Assembly: GCA_964469955.1 (NCBI GenBank)
Contig: CAYXZK010000005.1
Location: 47,410 to 111,409, forward strand
Reading direction: 5' to 3'
Length of the DNA stretch: 64,000 nucleotides
Origin: an uncultured Candidatus Saccharibacteria bacterium
Lineage (GTDB): Bacteria > Patescibacteriota > Minisyncoccia > Minisyncoccales > GWA2-38-27
A model generated the notes under the pieces. That model did not search any database. It was not told the origin of the DNA and saw only the letters and a list, made by a program, of their open reading frames with translations. Of this stretch, positions 21,240 through 32,392 are shown piece by piece. The translations under genes and the position numbers were made by a program. How positions within the stretch are numbered: position 1 is the first letter of the stretch; every line of letters starts with the position of its first letter.

Positions 21240-24200
21240 TTATTTCTTAAAACCAGTGCCGCAAGGAACTAATTTCCCGATTATCACATTTTCTTTTAAA
21301 CCGTGCAATTTATCTTCTTTGCCCTCAAGAGCTGCTTTTATCAAAACTTTTGATGTTTGTTGGAAAGAAGCAGAAGATAAAAACGAATCTGTGGTAAGAG
21401 CCACGCGAGATATTCCTAATAAAACAGGAACAGATACCGCCATTTCTTTGTTCTCTTTTTTAAGAATTGCGTTTTCTTCTAAAAATTCTGCTTTTTCTAC
21501 AACCTGATCAATTCCAAAAGAACTGTCGCCGGGGTTCTTAATTTTTACACGAGAAAACATTTGACGTGTTATAACTTCAACATGTTTGTCATGAATAATA
21601 GCTCCTTGGGTAACATAGATATTTTGTATTTCGTTTAAAATATACCTTTTGGCCTGTTCCTCCCCTTTTATCTTAAACACCTCTTTCAGGTCCAAGCTAC
21701 CTTCGCAAAGCTGCTGCCCTATTTTAATATCTTGTCCTTTTGATACAAAAATCGCTGACTTATGCGGTATTTTATATTCCACAATTTCTTCTTTTTCTTT
21801 TTTATTTCTCGCTAATTTGCTTTTATCTCTATTTTTTGTCTCAATATTCATTTTAGCATCTGAGATATTGCCAGCTTTATCTTTAACCCTAATCCTAATT
21901 ATTTTATCATCTGTTATATCAACAACTTTCCCTTCTACATTAGAAATTTCAGCTTTTCCTCCGGGTATTCTTGCTTCAAAAACCTCTTGGACTCTTGGTA
22001 GTCCTTGCGTGATATCAGCTCCTCCGACAACTCCACCGGTGTGAAATGTTCTAAGGGTTAATTGCGTCCCCGGCTCACCAATTGATTGAGCAGCTATAAT
22101 TCCAACCGCTTTTCCTAATTTAACTAATTTATTCAAGCCAAAATCCCAACCATAACATTTCTGACATATTCCTCGCACAGATTTACAAGTCAAAGGAGAC
22201 CTAACTCTAATTTTTTGAATTCCAGAATCAATAATTTTTTCTGCGGCGACCCAATCAATTATCTCTCCTTTTTTAACAACAACTTCTTCGCTTTTTAATT
22301 CTTTATCGCCAGCCATTGTTATCTTTTCTGTTTTGATGTCTTCTACAGAGGTTCTCCCTAAAATTTTATAAAGAAAATTCTGACCTATTTTATTAGAATC
22401 TTCTCTATAAATTTCAAGGCCTTCGTTATCCTTACAATCTTCTTCCATAACTATGGTTTCATGAGCAACATCAACAAGCCTTCTTGTTAAGTAGCCTGCC
22501 GTTGATGTCCTTAAAGCAGTGTCAGCCGTTCCTTTCCTAGCGCCATGAGTAGAGATAAAATATTCCAATACATTAAATCCTTCCTTAAAGGAACTTTTTA
22601 CAGGCAATTCCATGATTTGACCTGAAGGATTTATAACTAAACCTTTCATGCCTGCCATTTGAACTGGCTGAACCCAAGAACCTCTCGCGCCTGAATCTAT
22701 AATAGCAAAAACCGTGCCTGTCTTTGGCAAGCATTTAGGAACTAATTTTTCAATTTCTGACTTAGTCCTTGTCCAAACCTCTATGACCGTACTCGTTTTT
22801 TCAGCTCTAGTAAGCAATCCTTTTCTAAAGTGATCTTCTATTTTTGTTATTTCTTTTTCAGCTTTTTTAACAATCTCTTCCTTCTCTTTTGGGACGACTA
22901 AATCGTCCATTGCCCATGTCATCCCAGACAAAGTAGCATTTTCAAATCCTAGCGTTTTGATTTTATCCAAAGTCTCTTCAGCTGTTTCTTGGCCGTAATT
23001 TGAAATAATTTTAGCAACTATTTTTTCTATTTTCTTTGAATTCATTGACATATTCACAAAAGGATAATCTTCAGGCAATGATTCGTTAAACAAAATTCTC
23101 CCAGCAGAAGTCTCTATAATATCATTGAAACCGCTTGCTTCATTTGATAATTTTTTATCTTTATGATCAGAAGACTCATTCGTGCGAGTTTTGAAATCTA
23201 TCATTCTAACTTTAATCAATTCTCTCAATCCTATCTTCCCCAGATCGTAAGCCAAAAGCGCTTCCTCTGGGCTTGACATAATTTTTTGCTTTCTGCCTAA
23301 CTTTAAGTTCTCAACTTCTTGATCTTTACTATCATTTTTACCCAAATTTTTAATATCTGCTTGTTTCGGAATTTTAGTCATCCAATAGCACCCAAGCACA
23401 ATGTCTTGAGTAGGCAAAACAATTGGAGTGCCTGTTGTTGCTTTTAATAAATTAAGACTTGATAGCATTATTTCTTTTGCCTCTTTTTGGGCTTCACGAC
23501 TTAAGGGAAGATGAACTGCCATCTGATCGCCATCAAAATCAGCGTTAAATGCTTTACAAACCATTGGATGCAATCTTATAGATTCGCCTTCTATTAAAAC
23601 TGGTTGAAAAGCCTGGATTCCTAAATGATGCAAAGTAGGCGCTCTGTTTAACAAAACCAATTTGTCTTTGGCAACCTCCTCTAAAATTTCCCAAACTTCG
23701 TCTGTTTGTTGTTCTATCAACTTTGAGGCTCCTCTCACATTATAGACTAATTCTCTGTCTAAAATTTTCTTAATAACGAAAGGTTTAAATAGTTCTAAGG
23801 CCATTTTTTTAGGAAGTCCGCATTGGCGCAATTTGAGTTTTGGGCCAACTACAATTACAGATCTTCCTGAATAATCAACTCTTTTCCCTAAAAGATTTTG
23901 ACGAAATCTACCCTGTTTGCCTTTTAAAATATCAGCCAATGACTTTAAGAACCTTCTTCCTCCTGTTGTAGCGGTAGTCAAAACTCCTTTCCTCATCCCA
24001 TTGTCAATTAAAGAATCAACTGCTTCTTGCAACATTCTCTTTTCGTTCCTTATAATAACTTCAGGCGCGTCAATTTCTAAAAGATACTTAAGGCGGTTAT
24101 TTCTATTAATCACCCGTCTATAGAGATCATTCAAATCAGACGAGGCATAACGTCCGCCGTCTAATTGAACCATTGGTCTTAAGTCAGGCGGCAAAACAGG

Positions 24201-25061
24201 CAAAACTGTTATAAACATCCATTCTGGCCTAATATTAGCTTTAACCATTCCCTTAAAAGTCCTTAATCTTCTCCAAATTTTCTTTCTATTCGCAGGAATC
24301 GCTTCATCTGCTTCTTTCTTTAAGGACTTAATTTCTTTTTTTAAATCAATTTCCTCAAAAATCTTTTTTAATGCTTCTGCTCCAGTTCCAGCTACAAAAA
24401 TTTCTCCGTATTTTAAAGAAAGTTCGTAATACTCAACTTCAGAAATAATACTTAAAAATTTAATTTTTGAAATTTCTTCTTTGGCTTTTTCTCTCGCGTT
24501 TTTTAAATCTTCTAGTTTTGATTGCAATTTTGTTTTTTCCGCTACACTCATTTTAGCAATATCAGTATAAACTCCTTTTTGTTCTTTAATTTTTATCTTG
24601 TATTCTTTCTCAATCTCTTCCAAACATTTCTCCTTGGCTTCTTTGTCAACTTTAGTAATAATATAATTCGCGAAATAAATAACTTTTTCCAGTTGGTGCA
24701 TCGGAACATCTAAAATCATCCCCATTCTTGATGGAACTCCTCTCAAAAACCATATATGAGAAACCGGGCAAGCTAATTTGATATGGCCCATTCTTTCTCT
24801 TCTAACCGAAGATTTCGTGACTTCAACTCCACATCTGTCACACACAACTCCTTTATAGCGAATTCTTTTGTATTTCCCACAATAACACTCGTAATCTTTT
24901 GTGGGACCAAAAATCTTTTCGCAAAAAAGCCCATCTTTTTCTGCTTTTTGGGTTCTGTAATTAATTGTTTCAGGCTTAGTCACTTCTCCATGACTCCAAT
25001 TTAAAATATCGTCTGGTGAAGCAAGTTTTATTCTTATTGATTCTAAATCAGAAACACGCAT
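21240..25061 (-). CDS. rpoC: DNA-directed RNA polymerase subunit beta'
   Basis: 1273 aa with a zinc-binding CX2C...CX2C and the catalytic NADFDGD motif. Confidence 0.98.
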   Translation of the reverse strand: MRVSDLESIRIKLASPDDILNWSHGEVTKPETINYRTQKAEKDGLFCEKIFGPTKDYECYCGKYKRIRYKGVVCDRCGVEVTKSSVRRERMGHIKLACPVSHIWFLRGVPSRMGMILDVPMHQLEKVIYFANYIITKVDKEAKEKCLEEIEKEYKIKIKEQKGVYTDIAKMSVAEKTKLQSKLEDLKNAREKAKEEISKIKFLSIISEVEYYELSLKYGEIFVAGTGAEALKKIFEEIDLKKEIKSLKKEADEAIPANRKKIWRRLRTFKGMVKANIRPEWMFITVLPVLPPDLRPMVQLDGGRYASSDLNDLYRRVINRNNRLKYLLEIDAPEVIIRNEKRMLQEAVDSLIDNGMRKGVLTTATTGGRRFLKSLADILKGKQGRFRQNLLGKRVDYSGRSVIVVGPKLKLRQCGLPKKMALELFKPFVIKKILDRELVYNVRGASKLIEQQTDEVWEILEEVAKDKLVLLNRAPTLHHLGIQAFQPVLIEGESIRLHPMVCKAFNADFDGDQMAVHLPLSREAQKEAKEIMLSSLNLLKATTGTPIVLPTQDIVLGCYWMTKIPKQADIKNLGKNDSKDQEVENLKLGRKQKIMSSPEEALLAYDLGKIGLRELIKVRMIDFKTRTNESSDHKDKKLSNEASGFNDIIETSAGRILFNESLPEDYPFVNMSMNSKKIEKIVAKIISNYGQETAEETLDKIKTLGFENATLSGMTWAMDDLVVPKEKEEIVKKAEKEITKIEDHFRKGLLTRAEKTSTVIEVWTRTKSEIEKLVPKCLPKTGTVFAIIDSGARGSWVQPVQMAGMKGLVINPSGQIMELPVKSSFKEGFNVLEYFISTHGARKGTADTALRTSTAGYLTRRLVDVAHETIVMEEDCKDNEGLEIYREDSNKIGQNFLYKILGRTSVEDIKTEKITMAGDKELKSEEVVVKKGEIIDWVAAEKIIDSGIQKIRVRSPLTCKSVRGICQKCYGWDFGLNKLVKLGKAVGIIAAQSIGEPGTQLTLRTFHTGGVVGGADITQGLPRVQEVFEARIPGGKAEISNVEGKVVDITDDKIIRIRVKDKAGNISDAKMNIETKNRDKSKLARNKKEKEEIVEYKIPHKSAIFVSKGQDIKIGQQLCEGSLDLKEVFKIKGEEQAKRYILNEIQNIYVTQGAIIHDKHVEVITRQMFSRVKIKNPGDSSFGIDQVVEKAEFLEENAILKKENKEMAVSVPVLLGISRVALTTDSFLSSASFQQTSKVLIKAALEGKEDKLHGLKENVIIGKLVPCGTGFKK

Positions 25062-25120
25062 AAATTTAACAGGCGCTATTAATTTATTAATTATTTATCT
25101 TATAAAAATTCTTTTGAAAA

Positions 25121-28100
25121 CTAATCTTCTGCATGTTCATTGCTCTTTGGTTTTTCTTTCACCTCAATGCTTAATCCGAGAGATTTTAATTCTAAAACCA
25201 ACAAATTAAATGAAGCCGGAATGTTCGGGCTCTTTATTTGTTCCCCTTTTAAAATCTCTTCATAGGTTGTAGCTCTTCCAGAGACATCATCCGATTTAAT
25301 TGTCAACATTTCTTGTAAGCAATGCGCTGCTCCATATCCCTCTAAAGCCCAAACTTCCATTTCTCCAAATCTTTGCCCTCCAAACTGAGCCTTACCTCCT
25401 AACGGCTGTTGTGTAATTAAAGAATAAGGTCCGATTGATCTCATGTGAATTTTATCCTGAACCATGTGAATTAATTTAATCATATAAATATATCCAACCA
25501 TAACTCTATTAGAAAAAGGCAATCCAGTTCTTCCGTCATACAAAATAACTTTTCCGTCTTCAGCAAAACCTGCTTTTTTTAATTCCTGTTTTATGTCTTC
25601 ACTAGTCGCTCCAGACATAGGCGGAGTAATCGCGGTATAATTCAAATTTTTTGCAGCCAACCCAAGATGAGTTTCCAAAACTTGACCAAGATTCATTCTT
25701 GAAGACACGCCCAATGGGTTTAAAATAATATCAATTGGAGTTCCGTCTTCCAAAAATGGCATTTCTTCAATTGGAACTACTTTAGAGACAACACCTTTGT
25801 TTCCATGTCTACCCGACAATTTGTCGCCCGCTTGAACCTTTCTAATAACAGACACCTTAACTTCAATTCTTTTTATAACGCCTTGTTCTAATTTATGCCC
25901 ATTCTCTCTGGAAAAAATCTTTACGCCCGTTACTCTTCCCTTTTTCCCGTGTTCCATTAATAAAGAAGTATCTTTAATGTCTCTCGCCTTTTCTCCAAAA
26001 ATGGCTTTCAATAACCTCTCTTCGGCTGTCAGACCAGCTTCTCCTTTTGGAGAAATTTTTCCGACCAATATATCATTTGGCCCAACTTCAGCTCCAATTC
26101 TGATAATACCTTCTTCGTCCAAATCTTTTAATTTTTCTTCTGAAACATTTGGTATGTCGCAAGTAGTGATTTCAGGTCCTAATTTTGTTTCTCTAACATC
26201 GCACCTAAAACTTTCAATATGAATTGAAGTAAAATAATTATTTTTAACCAATCTTTCTGAAATAATAATAGCGTCTTCAAAGTTTAATCCTTGCCAAGAC
26301 ATAAATGCCACAAAAACATTTCTACCTAAAGCAAGCCTGCCTTTAGCTATCGCCCCGCCACTTGTCAAAACATCTCCTGCTTTGACTTTCTGCCCTTTTT
26401 CAACCAAAGGCCTTTGGTGAAAACAAGTATATTGGTTAGTTTTCAAAAAAGTTCTTAGATTATAAATTTTTGGTTTTGATTTTTTATTTCTAATTTCTAT
26501 CTGTTCAGCGTCAACTTCAGACACAACTCCATCTTCTTCGCATATAATTTCTTGGCCAGAATCTCTAGCAATTTTTTCTTCTATTCCAGAACAGACTAAA
26601 GGCGGTTCAGGATTGATCAAAGGGACAGCCTGTCTCTGCATAGTTGAACCCATAAGCGCTCTATTGGCGTCATCATTCTGCAAAAATGGTATAAGAGAAG
26701 TTCCAACAGAAAAACACTGTTCAGTAGAAACATCCATAAAATCTACTTTATTTTTATCAATCTCGCCTGGTTTTCCTTTTATCCTAGCTTCAACTTTTTT
26801 AGGAACAATTCTTCTTTGATCGTCAATTAGCGTATCTCCTGGGATAATATTGTATTTTTCATCTTCAAAAGCGCTTAAATATTCTATCTTACGCGTTATC
26901 TGTCCTTTTTCTACTCTAAAGTAAGGAGTTTCAATAAATCCATATTGATTAATCCTAAAAAAAGAAGAAAAGTGGTTAACCAATCCTATATTAGGACCTT
27001 CTGGAGTTTGAATTGGACATATTCTGCCATAGTGAGAAGGCTGGACATCTCTCACTTCAAAACCTGCTCTTTCTCTTGTTAGTCCGCCTGGACCAGTGGC
27101 AGATAATCTTCTTTTGTGTTCAAGTTCAGCCAACGGATTTTCGTTATCCATAAATTGACACAATTGAGATGAAGTAAAAAATTCCTTGACAACAGCCATC
27201 ACAGGACGAGCATTAACTAATTGAATAGGGGTTAGCGCGCGCGTCTCCAATGTTGACATTTTGTCTTTTATAATTCTTTCTGTTCGCATCAATCCAACCC
27301 TAAATCTATTTTGCAAGAATTCAGCTAAAGTTCTTACTCTTCGATTGCCTAAATGATCAATCTGATCAGGTTCAGACTCAGGATCGTTGCTTAGTCTTAT
27401 AATCTCTCTTATAACGGCTTTAATGTCTTCTACTTTTAAAATTCTATCTTCTGGTTTAATCTCTTTATCTTTGGGTGTCTGAATCTCTTCTAACCTTCTT
27501 CCCATTCTCCATCTGCCAACCTTAGACAAATCATACCTATCAAAGCTAAAAAAAGTATTTTCAATTAATTCTTTGGCAGTTTCAGGACTAGCTAAGTCTC
27601 CTGGCCTCAATCGTTTATAAACTTCAACCAAAGCATCTCTTTGGTTTTGAGTAATATCTTTTTTTAAGGTTTCTTCTATGTAATCAACATCTCCTTTATT
27701 AACATCTTTAAAAAAACTTTTAATTTGTTTATTATCCTCAACTCCAAAAGCTCTTAATAGAGTTGTCACGGCTACTTTTCTTTTTCTATCTATTTTTACT
27801 CCTATGAACCCAGTTGGATCTGTTTCAAATTCAAGCCAAGCCCCGCGATTAGGAATAATTTTTGCGCCAAAACATTTTTTACCGCGGGAATTTTGCAAGG
27901 TAAAAAAAATACCTGGAGAACGAATAAGTTGCGAGATACCAACCCTTTCAACTCCATTAATAATAAAAGTTCCCCTCTCTGTCATTAAGGGGAAGTCTGT
28001 TAGAAAAATTTCCTGATCTTTTGTTTCTTTTGTTTTAAGGTTAACTAATCTTGTTTTAACCCTTAGAGGGACTTCAAAAGAATCATTATTCTCTTTTGCT

Positions 28101-28321
28101 TCAAGATCATTTTTATATCTGCATTTGCCAAATTTATAATCCAAAAACCAAAGCTCAAGTTCCTTGCCAGAATAGTCTCTAATAGGAGAAATTTCAGAAA
28201 ATATTTCATTTAATCCTTTTTCGCAAAGCCATTTCCAACTTTCTTTTTGAAGAGTTAATAAATAAGGCAACGATAAAGAAATTTTTGATTTTGAAAAATC
28301 TTTTATTTTTATATTTTCCAT
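25121..28321 (-). CDS. rpoB: DNA-directed RNA polymerase subunit beta
   Basis: 1066 aa with conserved rpoB blocks. Confidence 0.98.
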   Translation of the reverse strand: MENIKIKDFSKSKISLSLPYLLTLQKESWKWLCEKGLNEIFSEISPIRDYSGKELELWFLDYKFGKCRYKNDLEAKENNDSFEVPLRVKTRLVNLKTKETKDQEIFLTDFPLMTERGTFIINGVERVGISQLIRSPGIFFTLQNSRGKKCFGAKIIPNRGAWLEFETDPTGFIGVKIDRKRKVAVTTLLRAFGVEDNKQIKSFFKDVNKGDVDYIEETLKKDITQNQRDALVEVYKRLRPGDLASPETAKELIENTFFSFDRYDLSKVGRWRMGRRLEEIQTPKDKEIKPEDRILKVEDIKAVIREIIRLSNDPESEPDQIDHLGNRRVRTLAEFLQNRFRVGLMRTERIIKDKMSTLETRALTPIQLVNARPVMAVVKEFFTSSQLCQFMDNENPLAELEHKRRLSATGPGGLTRERAGFEVRDVQPSHYGRICPIQTPEGPNIGLVNHFSSFFRINQYGFIETPYFRVEKGQITRKIEYLSAFEDEKYNIIPGDTLIDDQRRIVPKKVEARIKGKPGEIDKNKVDFMDVSTEQCFSVGTSLIPFLQNDDANRALMGSTMQRQAVPLINPEPPLVCSGIEEKIARDSGQEIICEEDGVVSEVDAEQIEIRNKKSKPKIYNLRTFLKTNQYTCFHQRPLVEKGQKVKAGDVLTSGGAIAKGRLALGRNVFVAFMSWQGLNFEDAIIISERLVKNNYFTSIHIESFRCDVRETKLGPEITTCDIPNVSEEKLKDLDEEGIIRIGAEVGPNDILVGKISPKGEAGLTAEERLLKAIFGEKARDIKDTSLLMEHGKKGRVTGVKIFSRENGHKLEQGVIKRIEVKVSVIRKVQAGDKLSGRHGNKGVVSKVVPIEEMPFLEDGTPIDIILNPLGVSSRMNLGQVLETHLGLAAKNLNYTAITPPMSGATSEDIKQELKKAGFAEDGKVILYDGRTGLPFSNRVMVGYIYMIKLIHMVQDKIHMRSIGPYSLITQQPLGGKAQFGGQRFGEMEVWALEGYGAAHCLQEMLTIKSDDVSGRATTYEEILKGEQIKSPNIPASFNLLVLELKSLGLSIEVKEKPKSNEHAED

Positions 28322-28348
28322 AAATAAACAAAATAAAATAACTTCACG

Positions 28349-28380
28349 AACAAAAAACGCATTTTACGTAAGCGTTTTCA
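28349..28380 (-). terminator. Rho-independent terminator downstream of the Wzy/TPR gene and upstream of the rpoB promoter region
   Basis: Stem AAAACGC/GCGTTTT. On the minus strand it is followed by a TTTTTTG tract. Confidence 0.45.
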
Positions 28381-28698
28381 AGATTGAGGAAATCAAGAAT
28401 ATTTTCTATTTATAATATTAATATTTTTGAAATATAAAATATTTTTTAACAAAAACCTATTTTTCAAACAATCAAATTTTTCCTCTGGAATAAATCCTGT
28501 TTCTAAATTCTGAATACCTAAGAATCAATTAAAAAATTCCAAAATTCCATTTTACAAAAACAAAACACCTTGCAACGATTTTTAGGCGCAAAGAGAATTC
28601 AGCGCAATTTAATTAATTTCTTAAAGCGTTTTAAATTTTATTATTTTTTAAGAAATTTGTCAACCCCTTGTCTAATACTTTTCAATAAAATTCTTTTT

Positions 28699-31134
28699 TT
28701 ACTCCTTTTCAGGTTGCAATTCTTCTGGAGATCCTTCTTCAATAGGAATTTTAGGCGGTTCTTCTTCTATGATATTTTCTAACGCCCTTCTTCCATTTCT
28801 TAAGTTTTCCAAAATAGTTTGAACTTCTGAATTATCAGGATTTAATTCAGCCACTTTTCTAAATTTTTCAATTGCTAAAGAATTTTGTCCCAACTTGTCG
28901 TAAGCAAGACCTAAGAAATACAAAGCGTTTGAATAATTAGGATTAAGCAAAATTGTCCTTTCCAACTCGTTCTTGGCTTTTTCGTAATCTTTATTTTGAT
29001 AATAAATTAATCCTAATTGAAAGGATAGTCCAATGTCATCGGGAGCAATTCTTTTCGTTTTTTCTAATTGACTAATAGCTTCTATTTGTTTGCCTTGCGA
29101 TTGATAAGCCATCGCGATTTGAAAACACGCCGGCGCATAATCAGATTTTAATTCGATCGCTTTTTCAAATTCACTTATTGCTTCATTAATAATTTTATTC
29201 TTTTCTACGCTTTGTTCCTCTGTCAAAAAAAATGATTTGTTTAACAAGGCTATACCTGTTTGTGTTGAAAAATAAGGATTATGTGGCTCAAGCTTTAAAG
29301 CTTCCGCGTAAGATGTCTTTACCCAATCTTCTGATCCATCTATTATGCCTATCATGTTCTGATAGATAAATCCCCTGACAGACCAATTCGCGACATTCTT
29401 AGAATTAATTTCAGTGGCTTTTTTAACGGAAAGGAGAGAGTCGCTAATTAGAGTTTGAGCTTGTTGGCTAATTTCTTCTTTTGGCAAATCTGTTCTATTC
29501 GCAATTTCGTTTATTTTTTTAATGTAAACTTGCGATAATTCTCTCCAATATAAATCAACTTTTGAATTTAAGCCTACTGCTTTTTCGAAAAAAGTAATAG
29601 AATTATCACTTTCTCCTTTTTGCCAAGATTTTATTCCTTTAAGATAATATGCGTCTGCCGCATATCTCTGCCCTTCTGTAATTAAGACACCTAAGCCAAA
29701 AATGAAAATTATAGTGAAAACGAAAGTAGTAGCCAAGGTTGCTAAAGATGAAGACTTAAGCGCAATTTCTTTCTTGGTAAAAGAAGTTAAGGCAACAAAA
29801 CTTGCTATTAATAAGAAAAACAGGAACTCTAAAGACAAATTAGACGGGTGGAGAAAATAAGCGAACAATAAAACAATAAAACTAATAAAAGTTCCAGCGC
29901 TTAAAAGCCACAATAAACCCGTATCTTCTTTGTTTTCTTTCAGCCTATCAACGCTTTTCTCGTTCTTAACTAATTTTTCTCCTTGACCTGCCTTTCCAAA
30001 AAAAGACTTTATGCCATAAAAAATAAATAGAGCGATAAGGGTTAAAAAAGAAATAATCCCCAATACGCCTGTTGTGCTAAATATATCAAGAAATTTTGAA
30101 CCGCTATTTTGAAACCTAACATTCCAAAATGGATTATCGTTAAACTCAATTTTCTTATACTTAGAGAAATCGTATATAAAAGTTCCTGGACCCGTGCCTA
30201 AAATAGGATTTTCTTTTAACGCTTTTTGTCCAATGTCAAAACTTGTTCCTTGCTTTAAAAACACTTCTATGTTGCGCGCGGGCATTCCGGAAACCTCAAA
30301 ACTAAAAAAAATGAAAAATAGAGATAATACCAAGCAAAATGTAGGTAAAATCAACCAACGATTGTCAAAAAATTCTCTTTTTTGAGTAACGAAAGTGATA
30401 ATCAAGGCAGATCCTATTACTACTAACCACCATGCGGTTGGAAAGTTTGCCAAGATTAATAAAACAATACTTACAAGAAGCGTTAGTAGAAAAAGTATCC
30501 TTAAAAATCCTTTTGCTTTTGTTGTTAAGAGAATAAATAAAGGCAATAAAACAGCGCTAAAAATAGCCAAACTAGTAACAGTTCCAATCGTATTGAAAGA
30601 TGGAACACTGGCAAAGTCAAAGGGAAATATAAACTTTCCAAAAAGTTGTAAAACCCCAAAAAGAATTGCCATAAAACTTGAGAAAACCAACACAGACATT
30701 AGCCTGAAAATTTCTTCTTTTTTGAACAGATTTGTTATTAAAAAATACAATAATACCAAACTGAATAAAGTCATAAAGCTATCTGAAGTAACTTGAGGCC
30801 AACCCCAAAAACTCCCATACGGCCATAAAGAAAAAATAGTTGAACTTAATAAAATCAGTAAAAATCCTAAAACGGGAAAATGCAAACGATTAAAATTGAA
30901 TTTAAACTTTCCCACGCTTAAGGTTTTTAATATCCATGCGAATATTGAAATAAAAACCAAAACTATCAACAATGCTTGTTTGTTGAAATCAAGAACATTC
31001 GCCGTCCAAGGCAAGAAGAAAAGCGGCAATAAAAAAATTAAAAGATAAAGACTGCCTTTAGAAATTTTTTCGTAAATCTCACCTGTTTTAGGAGAGACTT
31101 TGCTTGGAGAAGTTTGGTTTAAATTCTTTGTCAT
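28699..31134 (-). CDS. O-antigen ligase-like (Wzy_C) polytopic membrane domain fused to a C-terminal TPR-repeat domain
   Basis: 811 aa. The N-terminal about 480 aa contain around ten TM helices. The C-terminal about 300 aa show TPR-like AxxYxxxG periodicity. Confidence 0.65.
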   Translation of the reverse strand: MTKNLNQTSPSKVSPKTGEIYEKISKGSLYLLIFLLPLFFLPWTANVLDFNKQALLIVLVFISIFAWILKTLSVGKFKFNFNRLHFPVLGFLLILLSSTIFSLWPYGSFWGWPQVTSDSFMTLFSLVLLYFLITNLFKKEEIFRLMSVLVFSSFMAILFGVLQLFGKFIFPFDFASVPSFNTIGTVTSLAIFSAVLLPLFILLTTKAKGFLRILFLLTLLVSIVLLILANFPTAWWLVVIGSALIITFVTQKREFFDNRWLILPTFCLVLSLFFIFFSFEVSGMPARNIEVFLKQGTSFDIGQKALKENPILGTGPGTFIYDFSKYKKIEFNDNPFWNVRFQNSGSKFLDIFSTTGVLGIISFLTLIALFIFYGIKSFFGKAGQGEKLVKNEKSVDRLKENKEDTGLLWLLSAGTFISFIVLLFAYFLHPSNLSLEFLFFLLIASFVALTSFTKKEIALKSSSLATLATTFVFTIIFIFGLGVLITEGQRYAADAYYLKGIKSWQKGESDNSITFFEKAVGLNSKVDLYWRELSQVYIKKINEIANRTDLPKEEISQQAQTLISDSLLSVKKATEINSKNVANWSVRGFIYQNMIGIIDGSEDWVKTSYAEALKLEPHNPYFSTQTGIALLNKSFFLTEEQSVEKNKIINEAISEFEKAIELKSDYAPACFQIAMAYQSQGKQIEAISQLEKTKRIAPDDIGLSFQLGLIYYQNKDYEKAKNELERTILLNPNYSNALYFLGLAYDKLGQNSLAIEKFRKVAELNPDNSEVQTILENLRNGRRALENIIEEEPPKIPIEEGSPEELQPEKE

Positions 31135-31303
31135 ATTTTTAAATAATTAATTATTAATTATTGATTAACGATTATTGATAAATCGCGATTCCTAAAAATC
31201 ATTAATCTCTGCGAACCTAAAAAAGAGACTTGTTGATAATTATTATAATATGTAGTTTATTCTTAAGCAATGTTTAAAACTTTTATTTCCTTTTAAGATA
31301 GAA

Positions 31304-32392
31304 TTAATTAATTTTCGTGCTTTGGAGTATTCCAAAACTAATAAAAACAGCGATTAAGCCTGAACCGCCATAACTAAGCAAAGGCAAAGAAACGCCAATA
31401 ACAGGTAGGACGCCGAGATTCATTCCAATATTGATAAATAGTTGCGATGATAAAACAATAATAATTCCTGAAGCGAAAAGACGCGGAAAATTAGTTTGAG
31501 ACATAACAGCAATTTTCATAATTCTCCAAAATAAAATTACATAAAGGCACAGAAGAAACGATATGCCTATAAGCCCGAACTCTTCCGCGATAGAAGCAAA
31601 AATAAAATCCGTATGAGGTTCAGATAAGAATCCATGTTGGGTTTGCGATCCCTTGCCTAATCCTTGTCCCCAAAATCCACCTGAACCAATTGCAATTTTT
31701 GACTGAATTTGGCTCCAACCCATTCCAAGGGGTTCAACTTCAGGCGCCAAAAAAGATATGACTCTTTCTTGTTGATAGTCTTTTAAAAAGAAAGACCAAG
31801 TTAAAGTTAAAAGCAAAATACCACAAAGAGATAAAATTAAAAAATGACGCATTTTAATTCCAGATATGATTAAAACTCCAATCCATAGAGCGATCAATAT
31901 TAAAGCTGAGCCAAAATCTGGCTGACGGAAGATTAAAAAAGAAGGCAATATAATATAGAAACCTGAAAGAAAAATATGTCTTAATCTATACATTTCTACG
32001 TGTTTCATTGAAAAATATTTTGCGAGTAGAATTATCAGAACAATTTTTGTAAGCTCTATTGGATCAAACGAAACTGGTCCTAACTTATACCATCCTTTGA
32101 CACCTCTAATTTCAGGCGCTAAAAAGAATAATCCGACTAAAGACAGCACACAAAAAGAATAAAGGAATAAAATAAAATAAGAATTAGTTTTAAAAACCCT
32201 CCAATCAAAAAAACCTAAAGCAAACATTAATAAAAGCCCTATCGCAAAAAAAATAATTTGTTTTTTAAAATTAGAAAAGTCTCCTCTGCCTAAAGAAGAA
32301 CTATAAATAGATAAAAGCCCTATTCCAACTAAAAGAATAGAAACAATGATTAGCGTCCAATCAAAACGTTTTAGGTGAACAAATGCGCGCAT
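31304..32392 (-). CDS. ftsW: SEDS-family peptidoglycan glycosyltransferase FtsW/RodA
   Basis: 362 aa and polytopic, with conserved SEDS C-terminal blocks. Confidence 0.85.
   Translation of the reverse strand: MRAFVHLKRFDWTLIIVSILLVGIGLLSIYSSSLGRGDFSNFKKQIIFFAIGLLLMFALGFFDWRVFKTNSYFILFLYSFCVLSLVGLFFLAPEIRGVKGWYKLGPVSFDPIELTKIVLIILLAKYFSMKHVEMYRLRHIFLSGFYIILPSFLIFRQPDFGSALILIALWIGVLIISGIKMRHFLILSLCGILLLTLTWSFFLKDYQQERVISFLAPEVEPLGMGWSQIQSKIAIGSGGFWGQGLGKGSQTQHGFLSEPHTDFIFASIAEEFGLIGISFLLCLYVILFWRIMKIAVMSQTNFPRLFASGIIIVLSSQLFINIGMNLGVLPVIGVSLPLLSYGGSGLIAVFISFGILQSTKIN

Noticed and set aside
21256-28016. Multiple 60-130-aa + strand ORFs inside rpoC and rpoB (e.g. 21649-22044, 25977-26222)
   Set aside because: They are antisense to highly conserved long genes. 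They are low-complexity, Ser/Phe/Leu-rich translations typical of AT-rich antisense frames.
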